This document shows positions 18,213-26,237 of a DNA stretch of 64,000 nt, in pieces. The notes beneath the pieces are model-generated. The model was given only the letters and a program-made list of their open reading frames with translations, was not told the origin of the DNA and searched no databases. This stretch comes from Spirochaetia bacterium. Lineage in GTDB: Bacteria > Spirochaetota > Spirochaetia > SZUA-6 > Bin103. The first letter of the stretch is position 1. Every line of letters starts with the position of its first letter. A program made the position numbers and the translations under genes. The stretch lies in contig OZ241863.1 in assembly GCA_965203055.1 (NCBI GenBank), positions 3,840,001 through 3,904,000 of the forward strand. The letters are read 5' to 3'.

Positions 18213-20558
18213 ATGAGCGATACCATGACCGCCAAGCCGGACTACCGCTGGATCGGCAAACGTCCGATCCGGCACGACGGCGTCGACAAGGTGACCGGCC
18301 GCGCCCAGTACGGCGCCGACTTCTCCCTGCCGGGCATGCTGTACGGCAAGGCGCTGCGCAGCACCTGCGCCCACGCCCGGATCAAGTCGATCGACACCCG
18401 CGCGGCGCGCGCCCTCGACGGGGTCAAGGACGTAATCACCGCGGCCGACTTTCCCGAAGTCAGCGCCGAAGGCCAGATCGACAGCGAGGCGCCGGCCAGC
18501 ATCAAGGATACGGCGCACAACGTGATCGCCCGCGGCAAGGTGCGCTACCACGGCCATACCGTGGCGGCGGTCGCAGCCGTCAGCCCGGCAATTGCCGACG
18601 CGGCCCTCAAGTTGATCGAGGTGGAGTACGAGCCGCTGCCGGTGGTGCTGGACGTGATGGAGGCGAGCGCCGCGGACGCGCCGTTGATCGACGAGTCGCT
18701 GCGCACCAACGGCGAGGCCGGCGCCGCCCCGTCCAACGTCGCCTCGCGCAACGTCTTCGAGGGCGGCGACCTGGACCGGGGCTTCGCCGCCGCGGAGGTG
18801 GTCTTCGAGCGCGAATTCGACAGCGCCACCGTCCATCAGGGCTATATCGAGACCCACGCCTGCATGGCGCGCGCCACCGAGAGCGGCGAGATCACCCTGT
18901 GGGTATCCAGCCAGGGTCACTTCTCGATCCGCGACAGCGCCGCCCAGGTGCTGGCGATCGAACCCTCCCTGATCCGGGCGATTCCGGCCGAGATCGGCGG
19001 CGGCTTCGGCGGCAAGACCACGGTCTACCTGGAGCCGCTCGCGATTCTGATGGCGCAGCGTACCGGGCATCCGGTGAAGATGGTGATGTCGCGCGACGAG
19101 GTGTTCCGCGGCACCGGCCCGGCGCCCGGCAGCCACACCCGCATCCGGATGGGCGCCACCCGCGACGGGCGCATCACCGCGGTGGACTGCGAGCTGTGGT
19201 TCGAGGCGGGCGGCTTCCCCGGCTCCGCGGTGGGGGCCGCCATGATGGCGCTGATCGCCCCCTACGAGGTGGCCAACTTCCGCATCGTCGGCTACGACGT
19301 GCTGGTCAACAAGCCCAAGTCGCACGCCTACCGCGCGCCCGGCGCGCCCAACGCCGCCCACGCCAGCGAGTGCGTGATCGACGAGATCTGCGAGGAGATC
19401 AAGATGGATCCTCTGCAGTTCCGCCTCAAGAACGCGGCCCGCAAGGGCACCAAGGCGCCCTACGGTCCGGTGTTCCCGGAGATCGGCATGGTGGAGACGG
19501 TGCAGGCGGCGCTGGATCATCCCCACTACCGGACGCCGCTGGGACCCAACCAGGGCCGCGGCGTGGCCTCCGGCTTCTGGATGAACGGCGGCGGCGACGC
19601 CACCGCCCATATCTCCGTCCTGCCGGACGGCAAGGTGACGCTGGTGACCGGGCGGCCTGACATCGGCGGCTCGCGCGCCGGCCACGCCATGGTACTGGCC
19701 GAGGAGCTGGGCATCGACGTGGACGACGTGCGGCCCTCGATCGGCGACACCGACGCCGTCGGCTTGAACGGCGTCACCGGCGGCAGCAGCACCGCCTACG
19801 CGGCCGCGGTAGCGGTGCACGAAGCCGCCGGCAAGCTGATCGCCGACGCCTGCCGCCGCGCCGCGGAGATCTGGGACGCGCAGCCGGCCGACGTCGAGTG
19901 GCGCGACGGCGCCGCCCATCTCAAGGCGGGGGTCAACGGCACCGAGGCGCCGCTCACGCTCAAGGAGCTGGCTTCCCGGGCGTCGCAGACCGGCGGACCG
20001 CTGGCCGCGGACGCGGCGGTCAACGCCAAGGGCGCCGCGCCCGCGCTCGGCACCCACATCTGCGACGTGGAGGTGGACCCCGAGACCGGCAAGGTGGACG
20101 TGGTCCGCTACACCGTGGTGCAGGACGCCGGACGGGCGATCCACAAGAGCTACGTGGAGGGCCAGATGCAGGGCGGCGCGGTGCAGGGCATCGGCTGGGC
20201 GCTCAACGAGGAGTACCTGTTCGACGAGGACGGGGTGATGGAGAACGCCGGCTTCCTGGACTACCGCATGCCGGTGGCGCTGGATCTGCCGATGATCGAC
20301 ACGGTGATCGTCGAAGTACCCAACCCGCGCCACCCCTACGGCGTGCGCGGCGTGGGCGAAAACGCCATCGTGCAGCCGCTGGCGGCGATTGCCAACGCCA
20401 TCTACGACGCCGCCGGCGTGCGCCTGTACCACGTGCCGATGTCACCTCCGAAGGTGCTCGCGGCGGTGCGGGAGGCGCAGGCCAAGCGGCGCGTCCCCGC
20501 CGGCAATGGCGCCGCGGCGCCCGCGCCGCGGGAACCGGAGCCGGTCGCCGCACGCTGA
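18213..20558 (+). CDS. xanthine dehydrogenase/CoxL-family molybdopterin-binding large subunit
   Basis: KVTGRAQY, IGGGFGGK, AYRAPG, EVDPETG, EGQMQGG, RGVGE. Confidence 0.92.
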   Translation: MSDTMTAKPDYRWIGKRPIRHDGVDKVTGRAQYGADFSLPGMLYGKALRSTCAHARIKSIDTRAARALDGVKDVITAADFPEVSAEGQIDSEAPASIKDTAHNVIARGKVRYHGHTVAAVAAVSPAIADAALKLIEVEYEPLPVVLDVMEASAADAPLIDESLRTNGEAGAAPSNVASRNVFEGGDLDRGFAAAEVVFEREFDSATVHQGYIETHACMARATESGEITLWVSSQGHFSIRDSAAQVLAIEPSLIRAIPAEIGGGFGGKTTVYLEPLAILMAQRTGHPVKMVMSRDEVFRGTGPAPGSHTRIRMGATRDGRITAVDCELWFEAGGFPGSAVGAAMMALIAPYEVANFRIVGYDVLVNKPKSHAYRAPGAPNAAHASECVIDEICEEIKMDPLQFRLKNAARKGTKAPYGPVFPEIGMVETVQAALDHPHYRTPLGPNQGRGVASGFWMNGGGDATAHISVLPDGKVTLVTGRPDIGGSRAGHAMVLAEELGIDVDDVRPSIGDTDAVGLNGVTGGSSTAYAAAVAVHEAAGKLIADACRRAAEIWDAQPADVEWRDGAAHLKAGVNGTEAPLTLKELASRASQTGGPLAADAAVNAKGAAPALGTHICDVEVDPETGKVDVVRYTVVQDAGRAIHKSYVEGQMQGGAVQGIGWALNEEYLFDEDGVMENAGFLDYRMPVALDLPMIDTVIVEVPNPRHPYGVRGVGENAIVQPLAAIANAIYDAAGVRLYHVPMSPPKVLAAVREAQAKRRVPAGNGAAAPAPREPEPVAAR

Positions 20559-20638
20559 CCCCGCATCGCGCTGCAGGCGCAGCGCCGGCGATAGCGTCGG
20601 CGGGCAACCGCTGGCCGGGCGTTGCGCCTGCCAAGCGG

Positions 20639-21757
20639 TCAGTGGCGCACTGACCCGTCGGCGTAGTACGCGGCGGCGGGCCGGCGCGGCCGGAACGGCA
20701 GCCGCGCCGCGGCGGCCTCGTCGATCTCGATGCCGATTCCGGGGCGCTGCGGAAGCTGCAGGTAGCCGGCCACCACCCGCGGCGCCTCATCCACCAGCTC
20801 CAGCGCCGGCCCGGGCGGCAGGTTGGCCTCCTGCGCGAAGTAGTTGGGGATGGCGGCGTCGAGCTGCGCGAACGCCATGGTGTTGACCGGGCTGCCCATC
20901 AGGTGCGGGAAGTAGCGCACGAAGTGCGCCTCCGCCAGCGCCGCGATCTTCTTGGCCTGGGTAATGCCCCCGGCCAGCGACAGATCGGCGCGCACGAAGG
21001 CCACGATGCGGCGTCCGATCAGCTCGGCGAACCGATGCAGGCTGTAGCTGCGCTCGCCGGCGGCCAGCGGCAGGTCGATGCGGCGGGCGACGTATTCCAA
21101 CGCCTCCTCGCTCTGCGGCGGCAGCGGATCTTCGTAGTAGGTCAGGCGCAGCGGCGCCAGCTCGCGGGCCAGCGTGATCGCCTCGTCCGGCGTCAGGTTG
21201 CGGTGAATCTCCACGCCCAGATCGGCCCGCTCCCCCACCGCCTCGCGAATCGCGGCCACGATCTCCACCGCGGCGGCGAGCACCGCGGTGGAGCTTTCCG
21301 CCGCCTCCCAACCGGCGAAGAAGGGTTGGGTGCGGAGCGAGACGAAGCCCTGCTCCACCAGCTCCCGCGCATGGTCGGCCCGCTCCTCCGCGCTGGCGCC
21401 GGTCACGTTCTCGAACACCTTGATGCGGTCCCGGCAGCGGCCGCCCAGGAGGCGGTGCACCGGCAGCCCGGCCACCTTGCCGGCGATGTCCCACAGCGCC
21501 ACGTCGATGGCGCTCAGCGCGGCGCTCGCCACCGAGCCCATGAAGTGGCCGGCGCGCGAGACCGCCTGGTGGTGATGCTCGATCAGCGCCGGATCCTTGC
21601 CCACGAAGTACTCGGCGAGCGACTCGATGGCCCGCGCCACCACCTCGTGACTGGCCCACAGGCCGGCTTCGCCGTTCCCGGTCAGGCCGGCGTCGGTGGT
21701 GACCCGCACCAACAGATATTGGTCGCTGAGGATCGGCTTTACCGCGGTGATGCGCAT
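20639..21757 (-). CDS. mandelate racemase/enolase-superfamily acid-sugar dehydratase (DgoD-like)
   Basis: SAIDVALWDIAGK..GLPVHRLLGG, EDP, AAGE, GGIT, PH, PGIGI. Confidence 0.85.
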   Translation of the reverse strand: MRITAVKPILSDQYLLVRVTTDAGLTGNGEAGLWASHEVVARAIESLAEYFVGKDPALIEHHHQAVSRAGHFMGSVASAALSAIDVALWDIAGKVAGLPVHRLLGGRCRDRIKVFENVTGASAEERADHARELVEQGFVSLRTQPFFAGWEAAESSTAVLAAAVEIVAAIREAVGERADLGVEIHRNLTPDEAITLARELAPLRLTYYEDPLPPQSEEALEYVARRIDLPLAAGERSYSLHRFAELIGRRIVAFVRADLSLAGGITQAKKIAALAEAHFVRYFPHLMGSPVNTMAFAQLDAAIPNYFAQEANLPPGPALELVDEAPRVVAGYLQLPQRPGIGIEIDEAAAARLPFRPRRPAAAYYADGSVRH

Positions 21758-21771
21758 GACCGCCCCCGCGC

Positions 21772-22635
21772 CTAATCGACCGGCACGCCGGCCGCGGCGG
21801 CGATGCGCCGCGTCGAGGCGACGGCGGCGGGGATGCGCTCATCCGGGAGATGCTCCACCAGCATGTAGCCGTCCGGCCGTAGCGCCTGCCAGCGCCGCAT
21901 GGCGGCCGCCAGGTCCAGGCAGCCTTCGCCGGGGGCCGCCTCGTCGAGATGCACCACGAACCCGTCCGCCGGGAGCAGGTCCTTGAGGTGGGCGATGGCG
22001 GCGACCGGCCCCATCAGATCGAAGATGTGATCGATCCGGGCGCGGCTGGAATATGCCTGTTCCAGCGACTGGAAGTGGTTGACGTAGTCCAGCACCACCC
22101 GAAGCCGCGGTGAGCCGACCGCGTCGATCACCCGGCGGTTGACTTCCGGGGTGCCGAGGATGGTCAGATTGTGGGTCTCCACCACCACGGTGAGCCCCGC
22201 CGCCTCCGCGGCCGCGGCCACGGCGCGCAGCTCGTCGATGAGCAGTTCCAGGCGGCCCGGTTCGTGGTTGCGCGGCGACGGACCGTAGGAGCCGGCAGGG
22301 CTCAGGCTGCCGGTGCGGATCAGCGCCACGCCCGCGTCCAGCGCGCGCCCCACCTCCAGGCCGCGCGCGATGGCGCGTTGAATCGCCGCGCGCACCGCGG
22401 GGTCGGGATCGAACAGGCACTCGCCGTAGCCGATGCCGAGCTGGGCCAGCTCCAGGCCGGCGTCGGCATAGCGCCGCCGGCAGTCGCGGAGCTGCACGGC
22501 GGTCACCGCGAACAGAACCTCGGCGGGCGCGTGGAAGCAGGCCGCCGACACGCCCAGCGCGCGCGCCCGCTGCAGGTGCTCGCCGCGTACGGCGCGCGGG
22601 TCTCCGGGCAGCAGGCCGACGATGCCGAGCCGCAT
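21772..22635 (-). CDS. sugar phosphate isomerase/epimerase (xylose-isomerase-like TIM barrel)
   Basis: VVETH, LDYVN, HLKD, VEH metal-ligand pattern. Confidence 0.8.
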   Translation of the reverse strand: MRLGIVGLLPGDPRAVRGEHLQRARALGVSAACFHAPAEVLFAVTAVQLRDCRRRYADAGLELAQLGIGYGECLFDPDPAVRAAIQRAIARGLEVGRALDAGVALIRTGSLSPAGSYGPSPRNHEPGRLELLIDELRAVAAAAEAAGLTVVVETHNLTILGTPEVNRRVIDAVGSPRLRVVLDYVNHFQSLEQAYSSRARIDHIFDLMGPVAAIAHLKDLLPADGFVVHLDEAAPGEGCLDLAAAMRRWQALRPDGYMLVEHLPDERIPAAVASTRRIAAAAGVPVD

Positions 22636-22645
22636 GGCGCGCCGC

Positions 22646-23482
22646 TCAGCCGAGCTGCGCCAGGTAGTGGCGCATCTGCCGCACGTACTGCGGAAACCCC
22701 ACCGCCGGGTCGGGCAGATAATCCTTCCACGCCTTCTCCCACTCCAGCGTCAGGTAGCCGCCGTAGCTCTCGGCGCGCAGCACCCCCAGCGCGTCGACCA
22801 CCGGCACGTCTCCGTCGCCCAGCAGACAGTAGCGGTAGCCCTCCGGCTGGGCGTCGGTGAGGTACGAGTCCTTGAAGTGGACGTCCACCACCTGCGGGCC
22901 GACGTTGTCCCAGCACTGCCGCGGGGTCTGGCCGTATTGGCGCCACGGGTGATGCAGGTCCCACAGCACCTTGAGGAACGGATGAGCCACCCGCGCCACG
23001 ATCTCCTTCACCAGCACGGTGTCCACGAAGTCGTCGTGAGTCTCGATCGCGGCCGCCACGCCCACCGAGGCGCCGTACTCGGCCACGGCGCGCAGGCTCT
23101 CGACGATCCGGCCATGGGCGGCCGCGCGCTCCACCTGCGGCGCGATGCGCCCGCCGTACAGGCGGATCTTGTCGATCCCCATGGCCCGCGCCAAGTCCAT
23201 GTTCGCCTTCGCCTCGTCGACGTTGGCCCGCCGCGCCGCGGCGTCGGCCGACGAAAACTGGCAGCCGGTCATCAGCATCATGATCTCCAGGCCGGCGTCC
23301 GCCGCCCTGCGCAACGTCTCCGCGCGCCGCGCGGGCCGCAGCTCCGGCACCTTGAGGAGATCCATCTCCCCCATCACCCCCCGGATCTCGAACCCGTCGA
23401 AGCCATACTCCCGCGCCCTCTCCACGATCGTCGGATAAGGCCAGTCGGGACACCCCAACGTAGAAAACCCCAGCTTCATCAT
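22646..23482 (-). CDS. sugar phosphate isomerase/epimerase (xylose-isomerase-like TIM barrel)
   Basis: KLGFSTLGCPDW, IETHD, WDLHH, HFKD, LEWE. Confidence 0.88.
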   Translation of the reverse strand: MMKLGFSTLGCPDWPYPTIVERAREYGFDGFEIRGVMGEMDLLKVPELRPARRAETLRRAADAGLEIMMLMTGCQFSSADAAARRANVDEAKANMDLARAMGIDKIRLYGGRIAPQVERAAAHGRIVESLRAVAEYGASVGVAAAIETHDDFVDTVLVKEIVARVAHPFLKVLWDLHHPWRQYGQTPRQCWDNVGPQVVDVHFKDSYLTDAQPEGYRYCLLGDGDVPVVDALGVLRAESYGGYLTLEWEKAWKDYLPDPAVGFPQYVRQMRHYLAQLG

Positions 23483-24033
23483 GGGCACGCCCTCAACAAC
23501 ATCGGATTCGTAGTGAGCACCTCGATCCCTCCGGTAGTGAAGTCGGCGTCATTCGTCACCAGCTTCCATCCATTGCGACGGCACGTATCAGCTAACAGAC
23601 CATCGTTCAAGTCGCTCGCCCCGGCCTCAAAGCCTGCCAATACCTGCGCTATGTTCGTCTGTGCAAAGGGATGATCTACGCGCCGGCTCAACTTCAGTAT
23701 CTTTCGCGCGGCCGACGCCGCCTTTCTACCTGGCACAACGAAGTCCGATGACTTGCGGAAGTCCTTGAAGTCAGGGTATCTCCCCCTATGGAGGGCGTTC
23801 CACACGATACGACAATAGCGGTTCAGATACTCGCTGAGCACCAACACGTCGACAATCAGCTCCACTCCCGCGTACCGCATCGACTTCAGTCCTCGGCTGT
23901 ACGTCGCCGCGTGTCGATAGACTACTCCGATCGGTGTAGGAAACAAGTAGAGCCAAACATTGGCGTCGAACAGTAACGACTCTCCTTTACGGAACGAATA
24001 GTTGGACAGATGGTAAGCCTTATTCGTCATCAT
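23479..24033 (-). CDS. PIN-domain (VapC-like) nuclease
   Basis: FDANVW, LSEY, DLND, TNDADF acidic tetrad; start about 24030-24033, overlapping the STAS stop. Confidence 0.85.
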   Translation of the reverse strand: MMTNKAYHLSNYSFRKGESLLFDANVWLYLFPTPIGVVYRHAATYSRGLKSMRYAGVELIVDVLVLSEYLNRYCRIVWNALHRGRYPDFKDFRKSSDFVVPGRKAASAARKILKLSRRVDHPFAQTNIAQVLAGFEAGASDLNDGLLADTCRRNGWKLVTNDADFTTGGIEVLTTNPMLLRACP

Positions 24034-24391
24034 CTTCTTCATCATTTCCCAATTCTTCACGCCACGCCCTATCGAACTCTTTGGGATTTTTGAAGTAGAC
24101 TTTCGCATTGTCGATTACATGCTGCCAAATCTCTGCATCGTCGGCGAGCAAGTGGGTCGCAGTAAGCAGGTCGTCGACATGTTCGTCTGGTAATTCACCG
24201 TATAGCTGGCCGACAGCTGCGTTGAGAAATGCGGAGATTATCGTCTCTACCCGATCGAAAGAAAGAACTACTGGCGTACCTGCCTGCAAGAGCGGCGCAA
24301 TCTTGTCATGTAAACGCTGCCCGTCGTCGGTCGAAACACAAAGCGAACCGCCGACAATGTCGAACACTCGAACGGTAATAGGTTGAATCAT
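24020..24391 (-). CDS. STAS-like (DUF4325-type) protein
   Basis: DDGQRLHDKI..VVLSFDRVETIISAFLNAAVGQLY; RBS GGAGGAG. Confidence 0.85.
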   Translation of the reverse strand: MIQPITVRVFDIVGGSLCVSTDDGQRLHDKIAPLLQAGTPVVLSFDRVETIISAFLNAAVGQLYGELPDEHVDDLLTATHLLADDAEIWQHVIDNAKVYFKNPKEFDRAWREELGNDEEDDDE

Positions 24392-25287
24392 GGCTCCTCC
24401 GAAGAAGAAATTTCCTTCCGCAGAAGGTAAATATTTGTATCAGCGGTGTTGACCTCAACGGTTACTGCAGTCCCGGGGAAGTCCGACGTCATTCTCAGAA
24501 AAACCTCGTTGCCACCGTCATATTCATGAAACGCAAATCGAGATACGATCCGAATCTTTCCCTGATTCTTGGTAGCGAACTGGCGAATGAATTCAAGACC
24601 GAGACCCCCGGGATGATTACCACGCTTCGTAGTATGGCTTTTCCTTACCGCCCATTTCAGTGCGGCAACGGAGCTGATCCTATTGACTAGCTCACGGTTC
24701 TCATCAGTCCACAGAATCTTGAAATAGCGACGAACCGCATCACGGATACCGATGCCGCCATCGGCGATGGTGAAATCCAGACGATCTCGAGAAAGGGTCT
24801 GTCCGCAGACAAAAATGCCGATTAATGACTCAGAATGGGTGACTGCATTATGATATACTTCGAATAGATTCTTCTTGAACATCCTTCTCGCCATATCAGA
24901 CAAGCTGGGAAACGCTTCCCTTGCAAACAGACGGTGAACATATTCTTCCAAAGCTCGCCTGTCAGAAAGTCGAAAACGGCAATGGGGAATGGTAGTACTC
25001 TGTACATCATCGATTGGTTCATACCGAAAGTGAGTGAGAAACTGGTTTTCCCTTAGTATCTGTTCTACGTCTGCAGGTACAGATACAATCTTGACAGAGT
25101 TGAACTTGTCGGTTACGCGAGCAAGAACCACGCCAAGAGGAGCGGCCATGTTGGCGTCGAACGAGCTCACTCGCGACATGTCCAGTTCGAGTTTGTCGGC
25201 ATAGAGATGCCTGGTCGCTTTCGCAAGTTGGCCGAGGCATTCGAATCCCGCGCGATTGCTACGCACGCTGCGCAGTTGGTAGATCAA
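24388..25287 (-). CDS. GHKL/HATPase ATP-binding protein with STAS-like N-terminus
   Basis: EVYHNAVTHS (N), IADGGIGI (G1), GGLGL (G2), FPGT (G3); probable TTG start overlapping the rbsK stop. Confidence 0.8.
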   Translation of the reverse strand: MIYQLRSVRSNRAGFECLGQLAKATRHLYADKLELDMSRVSSFDANMAAPLGVVLARVTDKFNSVKIVSVPADVEQILRENQFLTHFRYEPIDDVQSTTIPHCRFRLSDRRALEEYVHRLFAREAFPSLSDMARRMFKKNLFEVYHNAVTHSESLIGIFVCGQTLSRDRLDFTIADGGIGIRDAVRRYFKILWTDENRELVNRISSVAALKWAVRKSHTTKRGNHPGGLGLEFIRQFATKNQGKIRIVSRFAFHEYDGGNEVFLRMTSDFPGTAVTVEVNTADTNIYLLRKEISSSEEP

Positions 25288-26237
25288 CGAGGATTCTCCG
25301 TCAGGAAGGCGTCGACTTGGCGGCGGGTGTGGTAGGAGGGCAGGGTGGCGAGTCCGGTGCAGCAGAGGGCGGCGGCGGCGTTGGCGAAGCGGGCCGCCTC
25401 GGCCAGCGGGCGGCCTTCCGCCAGCGCCACGGCCAGGCCGGCGTTGAACGCGTCGCCGGCGCCGGTGGTGTCCACCACCCGCGGGATCGGGAAGCCGGGC
25501 ACGTGCTCGCTGCCCGCGGCGGTGACGCACAAGCAGCCGCGCTCGCCAAGGGTGAGCAGCGCCGCGCCGCAGCCCCGGGCCAGCAACCGGCGGCCCAGTT
25601 CCTCCTCGTCGGCGCGGGCGTCGGCGGCGAGCCCCAGGCAGACGCGAGCCTCGGTCTCGTTGGGGGTGATGACCGCCACGCCGGACAGGTCCTGCGCGGT
25701 CAGATCCCGGGCCGGCGCGGGGTTGAGGATGGTGGCGCAGCCGGCGGCGCGCCCCGCCTGCATGCCGCGCAGGGCGGTCGGCAGCGGAATCTCGAGCTGA
25801 GTCAGCACCGTCGCCGGCGGGCGCAGCAGGTCACGCGCGCGGTCGACGTCCGCGGCCGCGAAGTGAGCGTTCGCGCCGGGGTCGATGGCGATCATGTTCT
25901 GCCCGGCGCCGCCGAGCAGGATGAAGCCGACGCCGGTGGGGCTGTCCGCCTGAAACTGCAGGTGGCTCGCGCCCACTCCCTCGGCCGCCAGCAGGTCGCG
26001 GAACGCCCACCCGCGGGCATCGCCGCCCACCCGGCCGACGTAGCTGACGCTCGCCCCCAGCCGAGCCGCCTGCACCGCCATGTTGGAACCCTTGCCGCCG
26101 TGGGTCTCGAAGTAGCCGCGCCCGTGGACCGTCTCCCCGACTGCCGGAAAGCGCTCCACCTCGATCACCAGCGCCGCCAGGTAGCTGCCGATCACCACTA
26201 CCGGCGCCGGCCCGCGGGCGGCCGCGTCAGGCTTCAT
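25284..26237 (-). CDS. rbsK: ribokinase/PfkB-family sugar kinase
   Basis: GGKGSN, LNPAP, PNETE, DTTGAGDAF. Confidence 0.85.
   Translation of the reverse strand: MKPDAAARGPAPVVVIGSYLAALVIEVERFPAVGETVHGRGYFETHGGKGSNMAVQAARLGASVSYVGRVGGDARGWAFRDLLAAEGVGASHLQFQADSPTGVGFILLGGAGQNMIAIDPGANAHFAAADVDRARDLLRPPATVLTQLEIPLPTALRGMQAGRAAGCATILNPAPARDLTAQDLSGVAVITPNETEARVCLGLAADARADEEELGRRLLARGCGAALLTLGERGCLCVTAAGSEHVPGFPIPRVVDTTGAGDAFNAGLAVALAEGRPLAEAARFANAAAALCCTGLATLPSYHTRRQVDAFLTENPR

Noticed and set aside
16776..20432. 1218-aa minus-strand ORF and similar long ORFs (e.g. 362-2824, 30555-33179, 46100-48055)
   Set aside because: Antisense or alternate-frame shadows of well-supported genes in high-GC DNA; no recognisable motifs
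18213..20558. Aerobic CO dehydrogenase CoxL
   Set aside because: Lacks the AYxCSFR motif and adjacent coxM/coxS
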